A stretch of 32,971 bases of DNA, from contig JBIIGV010000019.1 in the NCBI GenBank assembly GCA_044236265.1, positions 1 through 32,971 on the forward strand, given 5' to 3'. Positions 1-8,270 of the stretch are shown in pieces. Made by a program: the position numbers and the translations under genes. The notes below the pieces were generated by a model that made no database searches, was not told the origin of the DNA, and worked only from the letters and a program-made list of their open reading frames with translations. Source of the DNA: Oligoflexales bacterium (GTDB taxonomy: Bacteria > Bdellovibrionota_B > Oligoflexia > Oligoflexales > RGVZ01). Position 1 is the first letter of the stretch. Every line of letters starts with the position of its first letter.

Positions 1-421
1 CGGCGGATACACGCGACTTGGCTACACATTCAGGCAGGAGACAGATGCGACGACTGGATATCAGTTGAACTCAGCTGGCACGAATTACGTGTACTTCAGG
101 AAGAATGCTACCGTCACATCTAACTCAGTTGATCTGACGTTGATTCTATATGCTGGAGATATTTTTACTCCGTTTGTTTTTGCAGGTGTCGTTAAAAAGC
201 AGTACTCCACTCATATTCAAGACGCGACTGGATCTGTAGAATCGTATGCTTACCCGTACGCAGGACCACAAGGTGGCGCTGGCCTGGGTGTACGACTCAG
301 TCAAAAGTTTTCCCTTAAAACCACCTACACAATGTCGAATGGATATACAGTCATTCCAGGACAGGAATTGCAGCAGACTGTAGATTCTTATACGCAGGTA
401 GGCATCACTTACGAGTTGTGA
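1..421 (+). CDS. Outer-membrane beta-barrel protein, 5'-truncated by the window edge
   Basis: The frame of ORF 65..421 is open back to position 2 (GGYTRLGYTFRQETDATTGYQLNS...). It has alternating hydrophobic/aromatic beta-strands and ends in the OMP-like strand YTQVGITYEL. Confidence 0.6.
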   Translation, partial: GGYTRLGYTFRQETDATTGYQLNSAGTNYVYFRKNATVTSNSVDLTLILYAGDIFTPFVFAGVVKKQYSTHIQDATGSVESYAYPYAGPQGGAGLGVRLSQKFSLKTTYTMSNGYTVIPGQELQQTVDSYTQVGITYEL

Positions 422-439
422 GCATAAGGGTACGACTGG

Positions 440-2089
440 GTGAAAGAGAAACAGATCATTGTTGTCATTATTTTGTTGGCAGTTTCTCTAATCACGTATC
501 TGTGGTTACGAAACAACAATAAAGCTGTGCGGCAACGAGGCACAACCAAATACAGGGGCCCTAACGCTGGGTCACGAGCCTCGGACCTGAAGATTCTTTC
601 GCCTCAAGAAGAAAAAATCCGCGAGCGCGCCAAGCGACTCATCAGCAAGGGTCAAATCCGCCAGGCAGCGCAGATGCTAGAGCAAATTGGATTACATCGA
701 GACGCCATTACAGCTCTCGAAAAAGCCAAGCTCATTGACGAAGCAGCACGAGTCCTGCTTCGGATGCAAAATCCGACACGCGCCGGCGTTGTATATAGCC
801 GTAATGGGCACTGGAAGGAAGCCGCACAGTGTTTTATTCAGGCTGGCAACCTTGGTGATGCAGCAACCTGCTTGCGCGAGGCGGGAAATCATTTTGAAGC
901 AGCTGATCTATTTTTGAAAGAAAATCAGCTCGAAAATGCTGCCGAGTGTTTCGAAAAGGCGGGGCGATGGCTAGAGGCTGCGCGCTCATGGTCAAAAGCA
1001 GAAAAACAAGATAAGGCCCTACGGTGCTGGAGAGAAATTGGAAGTAACCCTTCACTTCTCAAAGGCCAAATCCCAACGTCTGACGAAATGGAAACACTTT
1101 TCACGTTAGCTAAATCTGGAGATCAGAATCCTGGCATCATCACCCTCATTGTCGGATCACCCAAAGTCAATCAAATGATTTTGACCGCCTTATCAGGTGG
1201 GCACAGGGTCTTAGCTGACAGCATCATCAAAGCAGCACCACCGCACATCATTCCAACACTGATCAGCGAAGTAAATCTGCAGTCACCAGATGCCAAATCT
1301 CTTGCCGAAGTTTTGAATGAAAGAGGCGAATACAGATTTGCCGCAATGTTATATGAGCAGCTGTCACTGTTTGAATTGGCTGCCGCATGCTTTCAAAAGT
1401 CTGGCGAGGCAGAACGAGCAAAATACTGTCTCGAGAGATTGGGCGGATCAGCTTCAAGGCGCGGGAACTTGGAGGCGGCTTCTCCAACAACTCCACCGGT
1501 GACTCCAAACAGTGGACAGCAAGTTGTAGGGGGTAACTCATTAAAAGGAAATTTCTTTATCGAGACGGGATCATTTGCCGTGAAGAACGCAGATACATCT
1601 GCGCCCGAACAAGCCCCCAACGCGGAGTCGCCCGCACTAAAAGTAACTCCGCCACCAGCGCTGCAAGCGATCTTATCCAACAGCTCTGACGAGACTGCGG
1701 TGATAAAGTCCAGCTGGCTTTTCGCGCAAATCCTTGAGAGTGAGTTGGACAGCATCGCGAAGAGTTTTAAGATTATCAATGTCTCCAAAGATAGTGTGAT
1801 TCAAAGCGGCTCGCCGAGCTCATTTCTTATATTCGTTGTGCGCGGGGAGTTGCATTCGGATCAGGGAGCAAGGGCTGCGGGACACTGGTTAGCACCAGAT
1901 CTAGCAATGTCCAACTCTCCATCTGTAACCTGGACTGCCGCTACAAGCTCCAGGGTCTTGGTTATGACCGCATCCGATTTCGATCAGACCATAGGTTCCA
2001 ATGCGGGGATTATGCGCAAAGTGTTCATAAACCTGACACGCCAACGCACCGAACTCCAAGATAACCAACTGATATCAAAGGCTATTTAA
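440..2089 (+). CDS. Membrane-anchored TPR-repeat protein with a C-terminal degenerate cyclic-nucleotide-binding (cNMP)-like domain
   Basis: N-terminal TM helix (IIVVIILLAVSLITYLWL). Repeated 'AAxCFxxAG' helical repeats. P/S/A-rich linker. The C-terminus WLFAQILESEL...FVVRGEL...VTWTAATSSRVLVMTASDF matches the cNMP-domain layout. Confidence 0.7.
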   Translation: MKEKQIIVVIILLAVSLITYLWLRNNNKAVRQRGTTKYRGPNAGSRASDLKILSPQEEKIRERAKRLISKGQIRQAAQMLEQIGLHRDAITALEKAKLIDEAARVLLRMQNPTRAGVVYSRNGHWKEAAQCFIQAGNLGDAATCLREAGNHFEAADLFLKENQLENAAECFEKAGRWLEAARSWSKAEKQDKALRCWREIGSNPSLLKGQIPTSDEMETLFTLAKSGDQNPGIITLIVGSPKVNQMILTALSGGHRVLADSIIKAAPPHIIPTLISEVNLQSPDAKSLAEVLNERGEYRFAAMLYEQLSLFELAAACFQKSGEAERAKYCLERLGGSASRRGNLEAASPTTPPVTPNSGQQVVGGNSLKGNFFIETGSFAVKNADTSAPEQAPNAESPALKVTPPPALQAILSNSSDETAVIKSSWLFAQILESELDSIAKSFKIINVSKDSVIQSGSPSSFLIFVVRGELHSDQGARAAGHWLAPDLAMSNSPSVTWTAATSSRVLVMTASDFDQTIGSNAGIMRKVFINLTRQRTELQDNQLISKAI

Positions 2090-2101
2090 ACAGCCAACTC
2101 C

Positions 2102-2117
2102 TGGCATGCTCCGTGCT
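2102..2117 (+). promoter_or_regulatory. Putative sigma54 (-24/-12) promoter
   Basis: TGGCATGCTCCGTGCT: GG(2103-04)-N10-GC(2115-16), about 55 nt upstream of the ATG at 2172, which has a GGAGGAG RBS. Confidence 0.6.
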
Positions 2118-2171
2118 TCAAAGAGAGTGTCCAATCTGACTTGGCGTTCTCATCAGAAGCGGGAGGAGCTT

Positions 2172-2438
2172 ATGACAAAGGATAAATCAGTTTTCGGTGG
2201 CAATCTTGTTTGTATCAAGCATCCACAGTATGCCGGAGACTCAAATCCAGATCTGTCTTGTAAGATCTGCTGTTCCAAGTTCGTTGCTCGTATCCGTGCA
2301 GAGCAAGCCTCTAAATTCGAGACAACCTGGACCACTCTTTCCAAGACCACAGCATCAGACTTTCAGCCGATGAAGGCATCTGAACCTTCGGCAAAATCAG
2401 CCAAGAGACAAGCGAACTTTGATAGCTCTTGGGTCTAA
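2172..2438 (+). CDS. Small hypothetical protein (88 aa) with a CxxH...CxxC putative metal-binding motif
   Basis: Strong RBS GGAGGAG at 2162-2168 favours ATG 2172 over the track start 2106. Motif CIKHPQYAGDSNPDLSCKICC. Confidence 0.65.
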   Translation: MTKDKSVFGGNLVCIKHPQYAGDSNPDLSCKICCSKFVARIRAEQASKFETTWTTLSKTTASDFQPMKASEPSAKSAKRQANFDSSWV

Positions 2439-2454
2439 AAAAACTTAGAGGAAA

Positions 2455-3648
2455 TCAATTAGACTCGACGCTCTCCGCAAGGAGAGCTTTTTTTGTGCCT
2501 TTGTAGAGTTCAAAGACAAGCAAACGAACTGGGATACTCCCATTCAGTAGCTTAATTTTTTGCGAAGGTTTTAGACCAATAAACTTCCAGGGTGACTCCT
2601 CAGCGGCCAAGATGGCTGCTCGCCAACCGGAATAGTCGCGCTTAAGCTTGTCGCCAATCGCCTTGAAAAAGCTCTCGTCGTCACCCGAAAACTCGCCCTT
2701 AATCCGCTCACCATAGGGTAGATTCATGATCAAAAGTCCCGACGGAGCTGGCGGACTTGATTCAAAAAAGTCACATTTGGAAAACGTCATAAACTTTTCA
2801 ACGCGAGCCCTCAATGCGTTATCTTTGGCAGCTTCCAGGTATTTCGCGCTTATGTCTGAGGCAAAAACGCCAAAAGGCAAACTGTCTCGCTTATCCTGGC
2901 GAGCCTCCTCCTGGACGTTTTTCCAAATCTTGCTATTGAAAAAAGCGAGAGATTCAAAGCCAAACTCGCCTTTCTTACGATGGATCAGTGCAGCCTTGCC
3001 CAGGGCCATGGAGGCCGCCTCAATAGCAATCGTACCACTACCACACATCGGATCGTAGAGTGCCACGTCACCCTTATAACCAAGCTTTAGGAGCATAGCA
3101 GCCGCCATAGTTTCCTTAATTGGGGCTGGATGATTATCGGCACGATAACCGCGTTTGTGCATTGATTTACCTGATGTATCGACACTTAGAGTGCAGCGAC
3201 CACCGCGCACAAACGCAACTAAATTGACGTCTGGAGCTTCAAGATCAACCACAGCCTTCTGACCGGCTTTTTCCACAAACCAAGACTGCAACGCCTCACG
3301 GATCCGTTTGGATATCGTGTTTGCAGTCATGACTCCGGGACCGCGATCTCCTGGAATGCCCTCGATAACAAAGGTCTTCTTTACATCAAACCAGGCACTC
3401 CAGTTAATCCGTCGTGCTTGATCGTAAAGCATGCGCTCATCTTTGGCAGAAAAATCCTTGATCACGCGAAGTAATCTTGAGGCGGTTCTAAGCTTTAAAT
3501 GGACTTCATAAAACGTTGACTCGTCGCACTGAAAATGAACTGCCTTGAACTGCTCCTCGATCGAAACCGCACCCAGAGCACGCAACTCTGCCGCAACCAC
3601 ATCCTTTGTTTCTTCAGGAGTTATGGCGATCATGGAAAAAAGTGTCAT
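2455..3648 (-). CDS. rlmL: THUMP-domain RNA methyltransferase (RlmL / UPF0020 family, 23S rRNA m2G2445-type)
   Basis: N-terminal THUMP region (LRTASRLL), then SMHKRGYR, APIKETMAAA, the SAM motif DPMCGSGT and NLPYGER. There is no fused RlmK half. Confidence 0.85.
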   Translation of the reverse strand: MTLFSMIAITPEETKDVVAAELRALGAVSIEEQFKAVHFQCDESTFYEVHLKLRTASRLLRVIKDFSAKDERMLYDQARRINWSAWFDVKKTFVIEGIPGDRGPGVMTANTISKRIREALQSWFVEKAGQKAVVDLEAPDVNLVAFVRGGRCTLSVDTSGKSMHKRGYRADNHPAPIKETMAAAMLLKLGYKGDVALYDPMCGSGTIAIEAASMALGKAALIHRKKGEFGFESLAFFNSKIWKNVQEEARQDKRDSLPFGVFASDISAKYLEAAKDNALRARVEKFMTFSKCDFFESSPPAPSGLLIMNLPYGERIKGEFSGDDESFFKAIGDKLKRDYSGWRAAILAAEESPWKFIGLKPSQKIKLLNGSIPVRLLVFELYKGTKKALLAESVESN

Positions 3649-3696
3649 AGGAGTATCCTTTACCCCGGTCAGGGGCCACGAGAACGATGCTGGAAA

Positions 3697-4545
3697 TTAA
3701 TCCAAAAGCTCTGCATCCTCGTCGACGACGCCGCGGCCAGACTTCTCCAGCTTTTCAAGTTGTTCCTTGTACTTGACGCTGTGTCGGCACCACGGTCTCA
3801 ACTCAAGGCGGCGCTTTGGAATCGGTTCGCCCGTCCCCTCGCAGTATCCAAAATCTCCTGTCTGGATTTTTTGAATGGCATGCTCGATTTCGTTGAGTAA
3901 CTTGCGATCACGATCAAGTAAACGGAATGTCAGGTTCTGGTCCACTGTTGCTGAGGCCAAATCCACCTCATCATACATTTCATCTTTATCCAAAGCGATG
4001 TTACCTGCATCCACAGCTGCTCTAGCTTTTTCGAGAAGCGATTCGCGCTCCTTTTTGAGCGCTTCGAGAAACATGCGGAGCTCGTCCTCCGAAAAAATAT
4101 CACTCTGCTGAATCTCACGCTTCTCTTGAGTCACAGAAGATTCAGACACGGCAGACGGCTTGTCTTTTAACTTGAGTACTTCTGTCGGAATCGGAAGCGG
4201 CTTAACTGGTTTAGCCACTGGAGTCAGCTTTGGTGCGCTTACGGCAACCTGCTTTTGACCAGCCTCTGCTCCTTGCCCCTTGAGTTTTGGCGTTGCAACT
4301 GGGCCAACGACCTTTTTAACAGGTGTTGGTGCTGGAGCAGCCTTTGGCTTGGCAGCGACGACCGCCGGCTTTTTAGCGGGGGCTAGTTTTTTTACGGGTG
4401 CGGGTGCAGCCTTCTTAGCTGGCGCAGCTTTCTTTGCAGGGGGGGCTTTCTTGGCCGGAGCTGCCTTCTTTGCAGGAGCTGCTTTTTTTGCGGCAGGTTT
4501 TGCCTTCGGTGCAGGTTTCTTTGCTTTAGCTTTTGCCTTAGCCAT
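3697..4545 (-). CDS. dksA: DksA/TraR-family RNA polymerase-binding factor with a long Lys/Ala/Pro-rich N-terminal extension
   Basis: Coiled-coil tip DEVDLA (DxxDxA), RDRKLLNEIEHAIQKI and GDFGYCEGTGEPIPKRRLELRPW. RBS AAGGAAGG supports ATG 4545 rather than GTG 4563. Confidence 0.9.
   Translation of the reverse strand: MAKAKAKAKKPAPKAKPAAKKAAPAKKAAPAKKAPPAKKAAPAKKAAPAPVKKLAPAKKPAVVAAKPKAAPAPTPVKKVVGPVATPKLKGQGAEAGQKQVAVSAPKLTPVAKPVKPLPIPTEVLKLKDKPSAVSESSVTQEKREIQQSDIFSEDELRMFLEALKKERESLLEKARAAVDAGNIALDKDEMYDEVDLASATVDQNLTFRLLDRDRKLLNEIEHAIQKIQTGDFGYCEGTGEPIPKRRLELRPWCRHSVKYKEQLEKLEKSGRGVVDEDAELLD
4402..4491 (-). repeat. Five tandem 18-nt coding repeats encoding AKKAAP/AKKAPP
   Basis: Translation gives AKKAAP AKKAAP AKKAPP AKKAAP AKKAAP, with synonymous divergence between units. 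Confidence 0.85.
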
Positions 4546-4614
4546 GGTTGCCTTCCTTGTCACTCAATTTATAGAACCTAAACCGCAAAAATTACGGCCA
4601 AAATCCAATCCAAC

Positions 4615-4643
4615 ACTATAGCCATGCCCTTGGGGCTTGGCAA
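4615..4643 (-). promoter_or_regulatory. Putative sigma70 promoter for dksA
   Basis: TTGCCA-N17-TATAGT on the minus strand in the mutS-dksA gap. Confidence 0.65.
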
Positions 4644-4665
4644 GCAAACACAAACCGACCTCGAC

Positions 4666-7413
4666 CTAAGGATTAAGAACATCATCATCAAACAATGCAC
4701 GCTGCTGGACGGGCGCCAACATCGATTTAAGATCATTAAGGATATTAAGGGCTTGAAGTGGAGTTGTTTTGTGAATCTTGATGCTCTCAAGTTTCATCGC
4801 CAAGCGGCTTAATGTTTGATCTGCGATCATTGTTTTGTCAGTTGCAGCTGACTCATCATCACTCGACAGCCCAAACAGTCCTTTTTGCACCTTTGATAAA
4901 CCCTTGTTGGGCCCTGGGTCTTTCACTGTTGCACCCAAGATCTCGCGCGTCATGACCGGCTGAACCGCAGCTGAGACCTCAGGATCTCTCAGTCTAGCCT
5001 TGGCTAATTCGATGACGTGGTTTGGAACACCTGCAAGCTTGGCAACCTCAATTCCAAAAGAACTAGCCGAAGCGCCCGTGACCAATCGATGGGAGAACAC
5101 GATACTATCTTCCTTTTCAACAACCTCGGTCTGCATGGGGACGACAGATTTTCGCGATGACATTAAGGGCACAAGCTCATGATAGTGAGTCGCAAACATC
5201 GTAAAACAGCAGACTCGATCTGAAAGATCCTCCATGATGGCAGCAGCAATCGCAAGACCATCAGTTGTCGATGTTCCGCGACCGACTTCATCCAAGATCA
5301 CCAAGCTTTTCGCGGTCGCCTGCCGCAAAATTTCCGCCGCCTCACTCATTTCCACCATGAATGTTGACTGACCTCGACTTAAATCATCACTTGCACCAAC
5401 ACGGGTAAATATCCTGTCAAAAATCGGCATTTCAGCCTCAACAGCTGGCACCCAACATCCAGCCTGACAAAGAATCGCGGCGATGGCTGTTTGTCTCATA
5501 ATCGTTGATTTTCCGGCCATGTTAGGCCCCGTAATCAAGATCTGACTTTTTCCCTCGTTCATAAGGACATCGTTAGACACGAACTCATGGCGACCCACAA
5601 ATTTTTCCACGACGGGATGGCGACACGACTTCAAGGTTAATCGTCGGGGACCATCGGTCAGCACTGGTTTGGCATAGGATTCTTTCAATGAAAGCCAGGC
5701 AAAGCTTTGGATCATATCCAGCTCCCCTAGGGCTTTTGCAACACCCATTAGGCTATCGCGGTGGGGCTTCAGTCGATCTAATAGTTCAGCATAAAGGCGC
5801 TGTTCACGCTGGATGGCTTGATCATTTGCAGAGGCCAACTCATCATCAAGCTCTTTGAGCTCAACCGTCGTATATCGCTCCCCATTGGTCATGGTTTGCC
5901 GGCGTATGAAAAAATCCGGAACACGCGACAGGTTTGACTTCGTGACCTCCAGCAATAATCCGTAACTTTTGTGAGATTTGACCTTCAAGCTGGTAATGCC
6001 GGTTTTTTGACGTAAGCTTTCCTCGTAGGCTGCAACCTTTTCTTCGCCATTGGCTGCCAACTGGTTCTTATCGTCAAGAAACTTGTCGTATCCGGCACGA
6101 AAGACACCTCGCCCACTTCCCAATGCCTCGGGACTTTCGATCATGACATCGGCCAGTAAAGCTAAGACGTCACCAGCAGAAACAAGTGATTCTGCCATAG
6201 AAACCATAGCCTTTGATGTCTCATCAACACCCAAAAGAACTGGCGACAAGACATTCGCCTTTGCCAAAGCATTACGGACCATGGCGAGTTCATAAGGACT
6301 TGCTGAATTGGCCATGATTCGGGTTGTCAGTCGCGCAAGATCGGGAGTATTGCGAAGCTCAAGGCGAACCTTGGATAAAAACTCTTCCCCTGCTTTAACA
6401 AAAAGTCCGACAGCATCATGGCGCGCCGTGATCGAAGCCTTGCTCACCAAAGGATGCGCCAAAGCATGTCGTATGGCCCTTGACCCCATAGGAGAGAGCG
6501 TCCGGTCGATCACACGCGCAAGGCTTCCGTCCGTTTGGCGGCGCCTGCTTGTTTCAAAAATCTCAAGATCACGAATCACCGTCTCTGATAGAGCCATCGA
6601 TTCGGGCTCGTCCAATGGCAATATACGCATAAACTGACCTGTGGACGCCTTGAGAGACTCCATATAAGCCATGACACTTGCAATCAAGGCTTCACCGCCC
6701 ACCACATGACAACACGGTTGTTGGCTCAGATCAGAAGTACCAAAAAGCTTAGTCAAGGTTGCCTTTTGCAAGGGCTCGTCTTTTAAAGGTGCCTCGGGCA
6801 GAACATCCATACGAACAAGATGCTCACGAGTCCATGTCTCAAGAGCCTTCTGCACATGCGCTTGAGCAAAACGTCTAACTAACACCTCGCTAGGCCTAAA
6901 TTGGCGCACATATCGCAAAAGAGCTCCACGAGGAATAGACCCCAAACGGAACTCCCCTGTGGAGACATCTATTGCTGCGAGAACCTCTTTGTCTTGTCCT
7001 GGTACATCAGTCCATGCCAACAAATAGTTCGGATTTTCCTGATCAAGCCCCTCCAACTCATCGATGCTGCCGGGCGTATAAATTCTTGTGACACCACGTT
7101 TTACCAAACCCTTGGCTGCAGATGCTTCTTCAAGCTGCTCACAAATGGCCACTTTGTAGCCAAGTTTGACGAGCTTTAACCAGTAACCTTTTGCACTGTG
7201 GTGAGGCACTCCACAGAATGGAATTTTCGTGTTGTCCCCTTTTTCCCGACTGGTCAAAACGATGTCGATTTTGGGTGCAATCTCTTCAGCGTCATTGCCG
7301 AAAATTTCAAAAAAATCACCCATGCGGAAAAATAAAATGGCATCGCCTACCGTCTCTTTGATGTCGTAATACTGACGAAGCATGGGTGTTAATTTTGTTT
7401 GTTCTACTGACAT
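4666..7413 (-). CDS. mutS: DNA mismatch repair protein MutS (MutS1)
   Basis: TPMLRQY, mismatch-binding FFRMGDFFEIF, Walker A TGPNMAGKST, DDLSRGQSTFMVEM, Walker B ILDEVGRGTST, FATHYHEL. Confidence 0.98.
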   Translation of the reverse strand: MSVEQTKLTPMLRQYYDIKETVGDAILFFRMGDFFEIFGNDAEEIAPKIDIVLTSREKGDNTKIPFCGVPHHSAKGYWLKLVKLGYKVAICEQLEEASAAKGLVKRGVTRIYTPGSIDELEGLDQENPNYLLAWTDVPGQDKEVLAAIDVSTGEFRLGSIPRGALLRYVRQFRPSEVLVRRFAQAHVQKALETWTREHLVRMDVLPEAPLKDEPLQKATLTKLFGTSDLSQQPCCHVVGGEALIASVMAYMESLKASTGQFMRILPLDEPESMALSETVIRDLEIFETSRRRQTDGSLARVIDRTLSPMGSRAIRHALAHPLVSKASITARHDAVGLFVKAGEEFLSKVRLELRNTPDLARLTTRIMANSASPYELAMVRNALAKANVLSPVLLGVDETSKAMVSMAESLVSAGDVLALLADVMIESPEALGSGRGVFRAGYDKFLDDKNQLAANGEEKVAAYEESLRQKTGITSLKVKSHKSYGLLLEVTKSNLSRVPDFFIRRQTMTNGERYTTVELKELDDELASANDQAIQREQRLYAELLDRLKPHRDSLMGVAKALGELDMIQSFAWLSLKESYAKPVLTDGPRRLTLKSCRHPVVEKFVGRHEFVSNDVLMNEGKSQILITGPNMAGKSTIMRQTAIAAILCQAGCWVPAVEAEMPIFDRIFTRVGASDDLSRGQSTFMVEMSEAAEILRQATAKSLVILDEVGRGTSTTDGLAIAAAIMEDLSDRVCCFTMFATHYHELVPLMSSRKSVVPMQTEVVEKEDSIVFSHRLVTGASASSFGIEVAKLAGVPNHVIELAKARLRDPEVSAAVQPVMTREILGATVKDPGPNKGLSKVQKGLFGLSSDDESAATDKTMIADQTLSRLAMKLESIKIHKTTPLQALNILNDLKSMLAPVQQRALFDDDVLNP

Positions 7414-7477
7414 AACTGGCCTCGCTACCAGATGAGTTTCGTTACGTTAATTTTCTAGACCAATTCGTTGCCAAACT

Positions 7478-8128
7478 TCATGACGACGATGCAATCACAA
7501 GTCCTTCAACAGACTGAGCCCCAAGCTCCTTAAGCTGGTTAAAAATTGTTCTCATAGTCAAACCCGTTGTCATGACATCGTCAACCACAAGAATTCGTTT
7601 GGCACCAGAAATGAGTGACTCGAGCGATGCTATTTTCTTAAAAACGTTAAAATTTCTATTATTTAATGAATGCCACCCTAGTCTGCTTAAATCATGAGCA
7701 TTCCGTCCTGCCCTTTTTGCTTTGAGCGCAAGGCGTGGAAGCAAAGTCTGGACAATTTGATCGTGAGTAAACACGGTGCGCACAAGCAACTCAGCGAGAT
7801 CAAAGCGACCTCGAACACGGCCCCAAGTACTGGCCGGCGCCGGAATTATGAGATGCTCTGCATAGGGCATGAAGTCCACATCAGATGACAGAGCATTTTT
7901 CACAATGTGACAGATAACGCCTGCGGCCACGGCATCGTTTTTGACTTTTGACCGCATGATGAGGCGTCGAACAAGTCCTTCATAGGGGAAAATGACTCGT
8001 ACCCGGGCGTCACAGAAATCTTCCCATCTAGGCTGTGCAAGGTCCTTCAGACAACGCTCACACTGGACGCACAAGGACGTTGAAGACTTCGATTTTACAC
8101 ACCATGATTGACAGACAATACAAACCAT
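7478..8128 (-). CDS. comF: ComF-family phosphoribosyltransferase-like protein with an N-terminal Zn ribbon
   Basis: CIVC...LCVQC zinc ribbon right after ATG 8128 (a more likely start than 8197). PRPP-binding loop ILVVDDVMTTGLT. Confidence 0.8.
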   Translation of the reverse strand: MVCIVCQSWCVKSKSSTSLCVQCERCLKDLAQPRWEDFCDARVRVIFPYEGLVRRLIMRSKVKNDAVAAGVICHIVKNALSSDVDFMPYAEHLIIPAPASTWGRVRGRFDLAELLVRTVFTHDQIVQTLLPRLALKAKRAGRNAHDLSRLGWHSLNNRNFNVFKKIASLESLISGAKRILVVDDVMTTGLTMRTIFNQLKELGAQSVEGLVIASSS

Positions 8129-8270
8129 CAAGGTTTCTTTATCAGCCAGTCCAGCGAGACCGCCACTGACGACTACATTTTTCAGGCAATTTTTCATACA
8201 ATGTTAAAACCTTAAATCGATGAGTGCTCCTCCACAGCATCTAGGTCAAAAACAATAGAGCGGGTCTGCG

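Noticed and set aside
2106..2171. ORF-track N-terminal extensions (also 4546-4563, 8129-8197, 19025-19096, 19271-19360 and 20107-20121)
   Set aside because: Downstream ATGs have clearer RBSs, signal peptides or domain starts, and several of the extensions overlap predicted promoters.
4402..4491. Tandem repeat as a possible CRISPR or VNTR element
   Set aside because: There are no spacers. The units are in-frame codons with synonymous variation, and no cas genes are present.
4280..4621. 113-aa + strand ORF of FLAGAA repeats
   Set aside because: It is the antisense shadow of the dksA AKKAAP repeats and has no independent RBS or plausible product.
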